Assembly (NCBI GenBank): GCA_964620805.1
Contig: CAZUJQ010000001.1
Span: 7,618-71,617 of the forward strand
Origin: an uncultured Planctomycetales bacterium
Lineage (GTDB): Bacteria; Omnitrophota; Gorgyraeia; Zapsychrales; JAHFFX01
Direction: 5' to 3'
Length of the DNA stretch: 64,000 bases
In this document: piece after piece, positions 45,133-54,597 of the stretch
Numbering within the stretch: the stretch's first letter is position 1
How the letters are laid out: the number at the start of each line of letters is the position of its first letter
Made by a program: the position numbers and the translations under genes
The notes under the pieces: model-generated
What the model was told of the DNA's origin: nothing
The model's database searches: none
Seen by the model: the letters and a program-made list of their open reading frames with translations, nothing else

Positions 45133-45423
45133 TTATTTTTGTGGCCTGTCTTTCGCCAGAGGCTCTTTCTTTTGGGTAATCACAGGAAGCTGGGGGGCTT
45201 TCTCACGGTTGAGGGCGATGTAATTCTTCCATTTCTCAGGGACATCCTCTTCTGTATAGATCGCTTGAACAGGGCATTCGGGAATGCAGGCCCCGCAGTC
45301 AATGCATACCTCGGGATCAATAACAAGCATCTCGGCATCTTCGTGAAAGCAATCCACCGGACAGACCGTCACGCAATCGGTATACCGGCATTTCACACAA
45401 GGTTCTGTTACAATATGCGCCAT
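45133..45423 (-). CDS. fdxA: ferredoxin (FdxA-type, 7Fe/8Fe)
   Basis: [18 protein letters not shown] and [12 protein letters not shown] motifs. Confidence 0.85.
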   Translation of the reverse strand: MAHIVTEPCVKCRYTDCVTVCPVDCFHEDAEMLVIDPEVCIDCGACIPECPVQAIYTEEDVPEKWKNYIALNREKAPQLPVITQKKEPLAKDRPQK

Positions 45424-45529
45424 GCTTAAAACCTCCTCTTCATTTAAGGGTTTGTTAGTAACACGTTAACTGTATCAGAATAGCCTCAAACAGTTGTGAT
45501 TTCAAGCAAATTTTTTTGCAAAAATCTAT

Positions 45530-45558
45530 TTGACACGATAAAATGCGAAAGGTATACT
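45530..45558 (+). promoter_or_regulatory. sigma70-like promoter TTGACA-N17-TATACT about 150 nt upstream of cspA
   Basis: Read directly from the sequence. A hairpin cgtggggacttctcacccacg followed by a T-run lies in the long 5' UTR. Confidence 0.5.
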
Positions 45559-45707
45559 TCCAATAGCATGGAGCTGTTTAAGCAAATGAGGGAATCATCA
45601 AAGGAAATAAGGGTCGTGGGGACTTCTCACCCACGATTTTTTATTTCCCTTCCCTGATTTACCAGGTTTTGAAAGGAATAACTCTTATAAACAGGAGGTA
45701 GTTGCTG

Positions 45708-45908
45708 ATGGCCAAAGGCAAAGTGAAATGGTTTAACAATCAAAAAGGGTATGGTTTTATCACCCCGGAGAATGGCAACGATGTGTTTGTTCATTATTCG
45801 GCTATTCAAGGGGACGGATACAAATCCTTGGAGGAAGGTCAAGAAGTGGAATTTGAGATCGTAAAGGGTGACAAAGGAGAACAAGCCACTAACGTTGTAA
45901 AAAGATAA
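45708..45908 (+). CDS. cspA: cold-shock protein
   Basis: [16 protein letters not shown] and [11 protein letters not shown]-binding motifs. RBS aggagg upstream. Confidence 0.9.
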   Translation: MAKGKVKWFNNQKGYGFITPENGNDVFVHYSAIQGDGYKSLEEGQEVEFEIVKGDKGEQATNVVKR

Positions 45909-46099
45909 AGTTGAATTTTAAGCCCCGGAACCCTTGGGATCCTTACATTTACTCCTCGTTCGATTCTCCCTCTCATGTCAGCTCGAGTCTCTCCCCCAAA
46001 GACTTTGAATGAAGACTCTAAACTCAAGGCCTTAATTTTTGAATTTTTGAGAAGGGCCGTTTTTGTATCAGAGAGGGCTTAAAGAAGAGGTCGTGGGCT

Positions 46100-46528
46100 A
46101 TGAATCTATTGGGAGTATCGGCAAGAAAAGAGCAGGCTCTGCGAAGTGAGATGCGCACGCTTGGCGTGAAAGAGGAGGATCTGGAAGAAACCTTTATCCG
46201 CTCTTCCGGTCCCGGTGGACAGAACGTCAACAAGGTTGCCACTTGCGTTTACCTGAAACACCGTAGTACGGGAATCACCGTCAAGTGTCAGCAATCACGT
46301 TCTCAGGGTTTAAATCGGTTTTGGGCCAGGCGGATGCTCTTAGAGTCCCTCCAAAAAAGAAACGAAGCCTTGCGGCAAAAAGAAATCCAGCGTCTGGAAA
46401 AGGAGCGCCGGCAGCGTCGCCCGCGCCATGTAGTATCCCAAGAAAAGATCCTGGAGCACAAACGCCTTCAGGCCAAGAAGAAAAAAAGTCGTCGGCCGAT
46501 TCAAATTCATAAACTTGAGGAAACTTAA
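46100..46528 (+). CDS. arfB: GGQ-motif peptidyl-tRNA hydrolase, ArfB-like ribosome rescue factor
   Basis: SGPGGQNVNK motif and a basic C-terminal tail. Confidence 0.7.
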   Translation: MNLLGVSARKEQALRSEMRTLGVKEEDLEETFIRSSGPGGQNVNKVATCVYLKHRSTGITVKCQQSRSQGLNRFWARRMLLESLQKRNEALRQKEIQRLEKERRQRRPRHVVSQEKILEHKRLQAKKKKSRRPIQIHKLEET

Positions 46529-46539
46529 GGAGTGTAAAC

Positions 46540-47031
46540 GTGGAGAGACTTCATCGCTTCCGACGTTCGTACCGCCTGGCTTCCTATCGCGGCATGGTGG
46601 ATGTGAGCGGTAAAAATATAACCAAACGCGTGGCCGTGGCCTCCTCTCAAATCAAAATGAGCCTTGCGGCCTTTAAAAAATTGATTGCTGAAGAGTCTCC
46701 CAAAGGCGATGTTTGGGAAACCGCCAAGATCGCGGCTATAACGGCTGCCAAATCGACCTCTCAGCTTATTCCGTACTGCCATCCACTTTCTTTAAGCTGC
46801 GTAAAGATCCGATTCGAGGTGGACAAACGGCAATGCAGCGTAACCTCCCTTGCCGAGGTGACCGCCTGGGGACCCACCGGTGTGGAAATGGAGGCCTTGA
46901 CAGCTGCTTGCCTGGCGAGTCTGACCATCTACGATATGATGAAGTGGGCGGATAAGGCCATGGCCATCTCGGATGTTATGCTCCTTAAAAAGACTGGCGG
47001 AAAAAGCGGGGATTTCCAAAGGAAGCAATGA
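46540..47031 (+). CDS. moaC: cyclic pyranopterin monophosphate synthase
   Basis: MVDVSGK motif. GTG start. Confidence 0.85.
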   Translation: MERLHRFRRSYRLASYRGMVDVSGKNITKRVAVASSQIKMSLAAFKKLIAEESPKGDVWETAKIAAITAAKSTSQLIPYCHPLSLSCVKIRFEVDKRQCSVTSLAEVTAWGPTGVEMEALTAACLASLTIYDMMKWADKAMAISDVMLLKKTGGKSGDFQRKQ

Positions 47032-48062
47032 ATCGGTTTGGGATAGGTTTAATAGGTTTTGTCGGTCTTTGGGTTGGTTGTTCCAGATCCCCTTTAAGTT
47101 CGCCGCCCCCTAAATACACCGAGTCCCGGTACCTCATGGGGACCGTGGTCAGCCTTGAGGTCTGTACAAATGATAAGACAAATCCTCCCTTTCAATCCGT
47201 GGTTCAACAGGTATGGGAAAGGCTGGAGGAAATCAACTGGCGGATGAACGTCTTTGATGACAAAAGCGACGTGGCCAAGGTCAACGGTTCGTACGAGAAA
47301 CCCGTCAAAATCGGAGCCGATACCTATCAGGTCATCAAAAATTCGATCCATTTTAATGAGCTGACCTACGGGGCCTTTGATATTACCGTAGGGCCTTTGA
47401 TTAAACTCTGGAAAGATGGCCAAGCCAAAAATATTTTGCCCACCCATGAGGAGGTCTCAGAAGTAAAAAAAGCCTTGGGAAAAGACAAGATTCGTCTTCT
47501 TGCGGACGATCATGTCGAACTCCTGCATGATCAGACAAAGATCGATTTGGGCGGCATCGCCGGTGGCTATGCGGTGGATGAAGCCGTCAGGATTTTTAAG
47601 GCCGCCGGATTTCATGATTTTATGATCGATGAAGGAGGAGATCTTTTCGTAAGCGGCAAAAATTGTGAGGGGAAACCTTGGCATATCGGGATTCGCCATC
47701 CGAGGGATCCTTCAAACATCTTGGAGATATTGGAGCTTCGGGACCAGGCGGTCACGACCTCCGGAGACTATGAGCAATTTTTCGAGATCCAAAATCAGCG
47801 CTGGTCGCATATCATGAATCCCGTCACGGGTTATCCCCAGAAGGGAGTGGTGAGCGCGACCGTGCTTGCGCCGACAACCGAAGAAGCCGATGCGCTGGCC
47901 ACGGCGCTGTGCGTGTTGGATCCCAAGAGAGGGGTGGCTTTAATCGATCGGTTGGGAGAGGGCTTTGCCTGCCTTCTTTTGGAAGAGTCTTCCGCGGGTC
48001 AACTGGTCAGGCATGAAAGCGCAGGCTATAAGCTCTTAAGGGAGAAGGAGTGGGATAAGTGA
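47028..48062 (+). CDS. apbE: FAD:protein FMN transferase (ApbE family lipoprotein)
   Basis: ApbE-family motifs including TSGDYE. Lipoprotein-type N-terminus (VGC). Confidence 0.8.
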   Translation: MNRFGIGLIGFVGLWVGCSRSPLSSPPPKYTESRYLMGTVVSLEVCTNDKTNPPFQSVVQQVWERLEEINWRMNVFDDKSDVAKVNGSYEKPVKIGADTYQVIKNSIHFNELTYGAFDITVGPLIKLWKDGQAKNILPTHEEVSEVKKALGKDKIRLLADDHVELLHDQTKIDLGGIAGGYAVDEAVRIFKAAGFHDFMIDEGGDLFVSGKNCEGKPWHIGIRHPRDPSNILEILELRDQAVTTSGDYEQFFEIQNQRWSHIMNPVTGYPQKGVVSATVLAPTTEEADALATALCVLDPKRGVALIDRLGEGFACLLLEESSAGQLVRHESAGYKLLREKEWDK

Positions 48063-48295
48063 AACATAGGACAGGGAGATTATCCAAAGTTACGAGGGGA
48101 TAGCTAATATTTATAGCCATAATCACCATGTTATTGGTTGGACTTATCGAGATACTTAGGATATATGCCCAAAGAGCGCTTGGCACTCCTTTGAGAGATG
48201 CAACTCAAAAAACCTTGAGGAGCGTAAACAAAGAAGAAATGGAAAAGCTTTACAACCAATATTATCTAAAAAGGTGACAGGGGGCAGAGTAAGAA

Positions 48296-49111
48296 ATGCA
48301 GCAATACCTCGATTTAGTTAAATATATCTTGGAAAACGGAGAGAGGAAAGAGGACCGCACGGGGACCGGGACCGTCTCCATCTTTGGCTATCAGATGAAA
48401 TTTGATCTACGCAAAGGATTCCCAATCTTGACCACCAAGAAGATCTTGTTTGATGCGGTCCTGCGGGAGCTCTTGTGGTTCCTCAAGGGCTCAACCAATA
48501 TCAATGATGGCTTAAAGCAGTACACCCCCATTTGGAACGCCTGGGCCGACAAAGACGGCGAACTCGGCCCCATTTACGGATACCAGTGGCGCAAATGGGA
48601 GAAGTTCATCTGGGACGACCAGACAAAGATCTATCAAAAACAGCACATCGATCAGCTTAAGATGGCGATCGATACCATTAAGAAAAATCCTCATTCCCGC
48701 CGGATCATGGTGAGCGCCTGGAACGCGGCGGATTTAGACCGGATGGCCCTTCCACCGTGCCATGCCTTTTTTCAGTTTTATGTTGCGGATAACCGCTTAG
48801 ATTGCCAGCTCTATCAGCGCTCGGCGGACGTGGCCTTAGGGTTGCCCTTTAATATTTCCAGTTATGCGCTGCTCCTCACCATAGTGGCCCAGGAGTGCCA
48901 ACTGACTCCCGGGATCTTTGTTCATACGCTGGGAGATGCCCATGTTTATCTGAATCATATCGATAGCCTGAAAACCCAATTGCACAGGAGACCTAAACCC
49001 CTCCCCAAGTTAAAGGCCGCTTCTAAAGGCATCTTTGATTTAACTTTCGAGGACTTTGAATTGATCGGTTATCAGCACGATCCTTTTATTAAATTTCCCA
49101 TCGCCGTTTAA
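48296..49111 (+). CDS. thyA: thymidylate synthase
   Basis: 271 aa. RTGTGT and PPCH motifs. RBS present. Confidence 0.95.
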   Translation: MQQYLDLVKYILENGERKEDRTGTGTVSIFGYQMKFDLRKGFPILTTKKILFDAVLRELLWFLKGSTNINDGLKQYTPIWNAWADKDGELGPIYGYQWRKWEKFIWDDQTKIYQKQHIDQLKMAIDTIKKNPHSRRIMVSAWNAADLDRMALPPCHAFFQFYVADNRLDCQLYQRSADVALGLPFNISSYALLLTIVAQECQLTPGIFVHTLGDAHVYLNHIDSLKTQLHRRPKPLPKLKAASKGIFDLTFEDFELIGYQHDPFIKFPIAV

Positions 49112-49144
49112 ATGAGAACCAGTTTCATAACCTTTTTTCAAGAA

Positions 49145-49228
49145 GGGGGCTGGGCTGTACCCCGTGCTCAAACATCCTCGCTCCCTTCGGTCGCTGCGGA
49201 ACTGCGCGCGGGGCACAGCCCAGCCCCC
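49145..49228. repeat. Family C palindromic element (copy C2, short form, inverted relative to C1)
   Basis: Its reverse complement matches 20767..20885 apart from the nested insert. Lies between thyA and folA. Confidence 0.75.
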
Positions 49229-49237
49229 TTGGAAGAC

Positions 49238-49786
49238 ATGGATTATGAAACCGCTTCGAACATCCCCTTTGATATTGTTGTCGCCGTGGACTCAGAAGGC
49301 GGGATAGGAAAGAGGGGGACCCTGCCATGGCATCTGCCGGAGGATTTAAAACACTTTAAGAAACTCACCTTGGCTACAACCGCCGCTGACAAAAAGAATG
49401 TGGTTGTCATGGGCCGGAAAACTTGGCAATCCCTTCCCGAGGCCTTTCGTCCTTTGCCGGGGCGAATCAATGTGGTTTTAACGAGAGATAAAACCCGGGA
49501 GTTTCCTCTTTCTGTGGCAGCAGTTCCTTCCTTCGGGACACTCTTTGAGCACCTCATGTCCATGACAGCGCAATTTGAAAAGGTCTTTGTCATTGGCGGT
49601 GCCGAGGTCTTTAGCCAAGCCCTTCTTCAGCCGAACTGTCAGAAGATCCATCTAACCAAAATCTTTAGGAAATTTGATTGCGACACGTTTTTCCCTTCCT
49701 TGGAAAGCTGGAAAGTCGTTTCCCAGTCCCCGGTTTTTGATGACCATTCGCTTGAGTATTGTTTCAAGGAATATGTGAGAGAGTAG
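49238..49786 (+). CDS. folA: dihydrofolate reductase
   Basis: IVVAVDSEGGIGKRGTLPWHLPEDLKHFKKLT. The listed ORF start at 49112 reads through repeat C2 and is an artefact. Confidence 0.85.
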   Translation: MDYETASNIPFDIVVAVDSEGGIGKRGTLPWHLPEDLKHFKKLTLATTAADKKNVVVMGRKTWQSLPEAFRPLPGRINVVLTRDKTREFPLSVAAVPSFGTLFEHLMSMTAQFEKVFVIGGAEVFSQALLQPNCQKIHLTKIFRKFDCDTFFPSLESWKVVSQSPVFDDHSLEYCFKEYVRE

Positions 49787-49910
49787 CGCCCCATTCTCCC
49801 GAGTTTAGTCGGAAGGAATGGCGTGTCATTTACGATTTTTAAAAAAATGATGGTGGTCTCACACATAAAATGGGGAAATTCCACCATCCTGAACTCCACG
49901 ATCCTTCCCC

Positions 49911-49939
49911 TTGACAACGATGCAAAAATGCCGTACAAT
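49911..49939 (+). promoter_or_regulatory. near-consensus sigma70 promoter TTGACA-N17-TACAAT placed 8 nt upstream of the ATPase ATG (leaderless transcript predicted)
   Basis: Read directly from the sequence. No Shine-Dalgarno sequence is possible in the 8-nt gap. Confidence 0.5.
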
Positions 49940-49947
49940 TTTGTATC

Positions 49948-51108
49948 ATGGTTAATAGAATCATCCATCTCCCATCCCAACAATCTTTTTTCCTTTTCGG
50001 CCCCCGCCAAACAGGAAAAAGCACTTTGATTGAGTCCAAATATCAAAAGAATATCTGGAGCACTAATTTGCTCTTGAATGATGTTTTTTTTCGCTACTCC
50101 AAAGACCCTTCCCTCTTTCGGAGAGAGGCCGAAGAAAAGATTCAACGCGAAAATATAAAATTTATTTTTATCGATGAAATTCAAAGAGTTCCTGTGCTGC
50201 TCAATGAGATCCAGTTTCTGATGGATAAGTTTGTGGATTGCCAGTTCATTTTAACCGGTTCCAGTGCCAGGAAGTTAAAACAGAGGGGAACTAATCTATT
50301 GGGAGGCCGGGCTGTTGAACGGCACTTGTTTCCGTTTGTTTTTGCGGAGCTCAAGGAAGAGAAATTGGAAGATATCCTTATCTTTGGTTCACTCCCCCCG
50401 TTATTTGGGAAAACAAATCCGCAGAAAATAGATATATTATCTGCGTATGCACATGTTTATTTACGCGAAGAAATACAAAGCGAAGGCCTTGTCCGGAACC
50501 TCGGGTCTTTTTCCAGATTTTTAGATGTGAGCGCCAGCCAGTGCGGTGATCTGCTGAGTTTTTCTGCGATTGCCCGCGAATGCCACTTACCCGTCCGCAC
50601 GGTCCAATCTTACTATGAAATCTTAGAGGACACTTTGATCGGTATCCGGTTGGAGCCTTGGCACAAAAGCCCTCGAAAACGGTTGGTCGGGCATCCAAAA
50701 TTTTATTTTTTTGACCTGGGAGTGACCAATGCGATTAATAAACGCTTGACGGGAATCTTAGACCGTGAGCTGAAAGGGCGGCTTTTCGAGCAATGGATGG
50801 TGTTAGAAACTTACCGCATGATTGAATATTCCAAGAACGAGGCGAATATTTATTTTTGGCGGACGAATCACGGCGCTGAAGTGGACTTGCTTATCGAAAG
50901 GCATGGGAAGATTCAGCACGCTTTAGAAATTAAATTTACTGAGAATATCAGCGGCGCTCATTTATCTGGTCTGCGGGCTTTTCAGGAGGATTACCCCCGG
51001 ACGCCATGTTTTGTCGTTTGTACTGCCCCCAACGCCTATGAGCTTGATCGGGTCAAAATTCTTCCCTGGCAGAAATATCTCGAAAGAATTGAGGACTTTA
51101 TTTCCTGA
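49948..51108 (+). CDS. AAA-family ATPase with C-terminal DUF4143-like region
   Basis: Walker A motif GPRQTGKST. 386 aa. Confidence 0.75.
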   Translation: MVNRIIHLPSQQSFFLFGPRQTGKSTLIESKYQKNIWSTNLLLNDVFFRYSKDPSLFRREAEEKIQRENIKFIFIDEIQRVPVLLNEIQFLMDKFVDCQFILTGSSARKLKQRGTNLLGGRAVERHLFPFVFAELKEEKLEDILIFGSLPPLFGKTNPQKIDILSAYAHVYLREEIQSEGLVRNLGSFSRFLDVSASQCGDLLSFSAIARECHLPVRTVQSYYEILEDTLIGIRLEPWHKSPRKRLVGHPKFYFFDLGVTNAINKRLTGILDRELKGRLFEQWMVLETYRMIEYSKNEANIYFWRTNHGAEVDLLIERHGKIQHALEIKFTENISGAHLSGLRAFQEDYPRTPCFVVCTAPNAYELDRVKILPWQKYLERIEDFIS

Positions 51109-51142
51109 GTTTTGAAATGGGTGCTAAAAGGAGCGGGCTTGC

Positions 51143-51528
51143 CTATTTGATTTGAATCATATTGCCCGTTTTGGCGTTGTTGGTTTCATTGCTCTCTTTG
51201 ATGAGACTGGTGGAATCGGCAATGGCTCCGACATAATAGGAGCCAGGGGCGAGCCACCAGGGAATCCACACGCTGGTCTGGGCCAGGCTGCTGACCCCGG
51301 GCGCCAGGCTCGAGACGGTGCGGCTGCCGAGGGGCTGATCGCTGGGCGTGATCGTCGCATCCTGGGAGAGGTAGAGCCCCACGGAGAAGCTCCCGGCTGC
51401 AGCCGTCCCCTGGTTGCGCGCACCCTCGTGCTCACGGTGATCGTTGAGCCCCGGGCGGCTTTTGTGGGGTTGCTGACAGTCGGCATCACCAGATCCGGCA
51501 GGGGGACATCCTGCATGGTAATCCTCAT
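51143..51528 (-). pseudogene. frameshifted remnant of a CARDB-domain protein C-terminus
   Basis: Two overlapping - strand frames (51157..51528 and 51143..51382) together give a CARDB-like pattern ..TITVST.. / ..GSYYVGAIADSTSLIKESNETNN. The region is GC-rich relative to the rest of the window. Confidence 0.4.
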
Positions 51529-51559
51529 CGCATTACTCGTCTTTATTGTTGGCCTTTAG

Positions 51560-52462
51560 TTAACGCCGTTTGTGCCGCTTAAAAAATTCCCAGACCACAT
51601 GGGTGGCTTTATACTCTCCGTAGAACGGTGCCCCTCCCAGCCAAGGGTTGCCTCCCACCCAGATGTGGCCACCGAGGAACCCAGAACCTGTTGTTGCATC
51701 GAAGACATCCAGAAGCGTATCTGCCCTGCCCTTCGGATTTGCTCCGCAACCATAGGCGGTAGTCTCGGTTAACACACCCCAACCCGTTCTCCCCGTGGAG
51801 ATGGCAGCCGACATCCTATCGCAACCGTTTTCTCGTGCTATATCGGAGGAGCGTTTCCGGAAGAGCCTGTTGACTTCCTCAACGTCGACCGATCTCTTGC
51901 AGAACGCCGTCAAGACCATCGGGAAGGCGGTATCGTTGTTAGAGACGATCATCCGCATAGGCACCGGATCGTGCCGAAGGGCGGGACAACTGTAGGTTTC
52001 TTCACATATATCGGACCATGGCAGTGGCATGGCCGACACCGGCGCGATCGCGGCGATCTTATGCATGCCCAACTCACCGCTGGCGCTTGCGCACGCCAAG
52101 CGAACCGACATACAGCCTCCGCTTGAGTAGCCTGTTGCGTAGATTTGGCGGCGGTCGAAGCACACACGCGAATCTAAGGTATCAAGCAGGAGCCTGATGA
52201 ACTCTAGGTCATCGTAGCCAGAATCTCTCACCCATTGCGAGGTGACCGTCCAAGCCGGCGTCTGCGTTCCATCGGGATTCTTGGCCCAGAGCGCATCCGG
52301 GTGCACGACAATGAAGCCCTCGAGATTCGCCTTCTCGGTCATGCCGGTGTAGAGGTTTTGGAGGAAGCCCCCATTCCACATCGCATGGAGGTTCAGGATG
52401 ACCGGCAGTGGCCTGCCCGAGGAGTGCTGGGGGGGGGCACATGCACGGCGTAGGTGCGCCAC
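51560..52462 (-). CDS. PHB-depolymerase-family esterase (alpha/beta hydrolase), N-terminally truncated or disrupted
   Basis: PLPVILNLHAMWNGG..GFIVVHPD and the nucleophile elbow GYSSGG. No signal peptide in frame. A C9 (G9 on +) homopolymer sits at 52429..52437. All three - strand frames contain stops between 52517 and 52600. Confidence 0.55.
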   Translation of the reverse strand: MAHLRRACAPPQHSSGRPLPVILNLHAMWNGGFLQNLYTGMTEKANLEGFIVVHPDALWAKNPDGTQTPAWTVTSQWVRDSGYDDLEFIRLLLDTLDSRVCFDRRQIYATGYSSGGCMSVRLACASASGELGMHKIAAIAPVSAMPLPWSDICEETYSCPALRHDPVPMRMIVSNNDTAFPMVLTAFCKRSVDVEEVNRLFRKRSSDIARENGCDRMSAAISTGRTGWGVLTETTAYGCGANPKGRADTLLDVFDATTGSGFLGGHIWVGGNPWLGGAPFYGEYKATHVVWEFFKRHKRR

Positions 52463-52596
52463 ACCAGCGTCCCATCGGTTTTCCGTTGCATAATCGGCCA
52501 GTTCAAATGGGTATAGTCACCTGGTGGAAGCCGATCGCTTCTCACGCAGGCAATTGAGGTCGGTCCGTTCCTATCAGAGGGGATTGATTCAGCGGC

Positions 52597-52794
52597 CTAG
52601 GCCGTGGACAAGCAGGAGACCGCCAGAAAAATCCCCACAAAAAGAATCCCTCGCACAAACGAGGGACGGTCTTTGAGCCAGTCCGTGAGGGTGCTCCAGG
52701 TGGAGTTACAATATCGGGGGTTCATGAGTTTAAAGTGATTTTGTTTCTTAATCATAATCAAGAGAAAGTAAATCATGCTTTGGGAGCTTGTCAA
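52597..52794 (-). other. orphan ORF encoding a signal-peptide-like N-terminus (..RPSFVRGILFVGIFLAVSCLSTA), possibly the detached 5' end of the esterase gene
   Basis: Its position and orientation relative to the esterase gene, which lacks a leader. Confidence 0.25.
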
Positions 52795-53009
52795 GAGGCA
52801 GAGTTGCTATAAAGCGCTTTCTTTTCAACCCAGGAGCGGGAAAACCATTCTTCTCGTTTAATATCATCAAGAATATTATTCTATGAAAGCGTTTTCCGGC
52901 GGATTTTTCCGTCGAGCATAATCATGGCCCAAGAGATTTCTACTTTTTTTAGAGAGGTTTTTCATTTATACTTTAAGTGTCTTATATTCATACACTGGAC
53001 TCCTCATTG

Positions 53010-53170
53010 CGCACCTTGTTGTATCGGAATTTCAAAAAGGTTATGGCGATACAACAACTGTAGGGGGTTTGGGGGATTGCAGGCAATCCCCCAAGGGGTG
53101 ACAGCGAAGAAATGCGACGGAAAGGAGCATTTCTGAGCGCCATAGGGGCGAAGCCCCTGTGGAAGATAGT
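53010..53170 (+). promoter_or_regulatory. highly structured leader upstream of the response-regulator-EAL gene (four consecutive stem-loops)
   Basis: ttgttgtatcg...cgatacaacaa; gggggattgc-agg-gcaatccccc; gaaatgc...gcatttc; agggg-cgaag-cccct. Confidence 0.35.
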
Positions 53171-53204
53171 GCCGAACGAAGTGAGGCCTATCTTGGAGAA
53201 GCCC

Positions 53205-54392
53205 ATGATCATGATGGATAAAGTCACCGGCAAAAAACGCATCCTGATCGTTGATGACGATCCGAATGTCACCCAGATGCTGGCAACGCTCCTTCAGATG
53301 AAAGGCTACGAAGTGGATGTGGCCGCCACCGGCCAGGAGGCCATCAAAAAAGCCTCCTCTTCCAATGTGGATCTCATCCTTTTGGACCTGATCCTTCCTG
53401 ATCTCGAAGGTTTTGAAGTCTGCCGTTATTTAAAGGGGGAAAAAGCCACCCTCCATATCCCGGTTATTATTGTCAGCGCCCGGTATTTGTTTGAGGACAA
53501 GGTGGAAGGGTTGCACCTCGGGGCCGACGATTATGTGACCAAACCTTTTGAGAATGAGGAATTGTTTGCCCGGATGGAAGCCGTTATGCGCCGGCGGTTA
53601 TTTTTTAATCTGGATCAATCAAAGGACGGCAAGGAAAAGATCATCCTGGAATTAAGGAAGATCATTGATCAAGAACTGATCGAATCGTTTTTTCAGCCGA
53701 TCTATTTGTTGAAACCCTTTAAGCTCCTCGGTCTCGAGGTCCTCACCCGGCCTTTGACCCAGACGATCTTATCCAATCCAGAGCTGCTTTTTAAGGCCGC
53801 TTTGCAATTTGGATTCTACTGTGATCTGGAGATGCTCGCTTGGAAGAAGGCCCTCAGGTTTATTTCCCAGCATCCCCTCTCTGAGGCCAAGATCTTTCTG
53901 AACTGTAACCCCTACCTTGTGGAAGGGCATAAATTCCTGAAGATCAAATCTGTTTTTGATGAGAACCATATCGATGTCGAAAAGGTCGTTCTGGAGATCA
54001 CCGAGCGCTCCGCGATCAAAGATTTTAAAACCTTCTATGAACATCTCAAATATTTTAAAGATCAAGGTTTTGGGGTGGCCGTGGACGATGTGGGGGGCGG
54101 GTATGCGAGCCTGGAGTCCATCGTTGAAACCCAACCCGATGTGGTCAAGATTGACCGCCACATCATCTCAGATTTGAAAAGAGACATCTTTCGAAGAAGC
54201 ATCGTCAAATTTATCGTTTCTTTCTGCAAGGAAAACCAAATCATCTCCGTTGCGGAAGGCATAGAAACCCGCCGGGATCTGGATGCCGTGATTGATTTGG
54301 GCGTTGATGCCGGCCAGGGATACTTTTTGTATCGGCCCACCACCCAGATCAATCTGAAAGATATCTCCCAAAAATCCCTTTCCAAGAACTAA
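53205..54392 (+). CDS. response regulator receiver + EAL domain protein (c-di-GMP phosphodiesterase)
   Basis: REC motifs ILIVDDD, LILLDLILPD and DYVTKPF. EAL-domain motifs LEITERSAI, DDVGGGYASL and QGYFL. ATG 53205 is preferred over the listed 53112. Confidence 0.8.
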   Translation: MIMMDKVTGKKRILIVDDDPNVTQMLATLLQMKGYEVDVAATGQEAIKKASSSNVDLILLDLILPDLEGFEVCRYLKGEKATLHIPVIIVSARYLFEDKVEGLHLGADDYVTKPFENEELFARMEAVMRRRLFFNLDQSKDGKEKIILELRKIIDQELIESFFQPIYLLKPFKLLGLEVLTRPLTQTILSNPELLFKAALQFGFYCDLEMLAWKKALRFISQHPLSEAKIFLNCNPYLVEGHKFLKIKSVFDENHIDVEKVVLEITERSAIKDFKTFYEHLKYFKDQGFGVAVDDVGGGYASLESIVETQPDVVKIDRHIISDLKRDIFRRSIVKFIVSFCKENQIISVAEGIETRRDLDAVIDLGVDAGQGYFLYRPTTQINLKDISQKSLSKN

Positions 54393-54537
54393 TACAAACG
54401 TCTTTAATAATTTGGCATGAGTCATTGCGAGCGACCGTAGGGAGCGAAGCAATCCTATTGTCGACAGAAAAGATTGCTTCGTCGCTCCTTTCAGTCGCTC
54501 CTCGCAATGACACTTTCATTGTGACGTTTGTATTAAA
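54389..54537. repeat. Family B element (copy B4), outer inverted repeats ctaatacaaacg / cgtttgtattaa; its left arm contains the TAA stop of the EAL gene
   Basis: Read directly from the sequence. Confidence 0.75.
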
Positions 54538-54597
54538 ATCGCGTCTTCTTTGTTTCATTTTGAAAATTCGCGCCTTAAAGGCTATAATGAAGGCGCT

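Noticed and set aside
49112-49237. N-terminal extension of folA through repeat C2
   Set aside because: The translation of the repeat is low-complexity. The DHFR motif begins just after ATG 49238.
51152-51559. 135-aa + strand ORF in the GC-rich patch
   Set aside because: It is antisense to the CARDB-like remnant, and its Gly/Ala/Arg-rich composition is explained by high GC.
6557-54537. CRISPR array hypothesis for the recurring repeats
   Set aside because: The repeats are dispersed single copies with internal dyad symmetry. They are not tandem direct repeats separated by unique spacers, and no cas genes are present.
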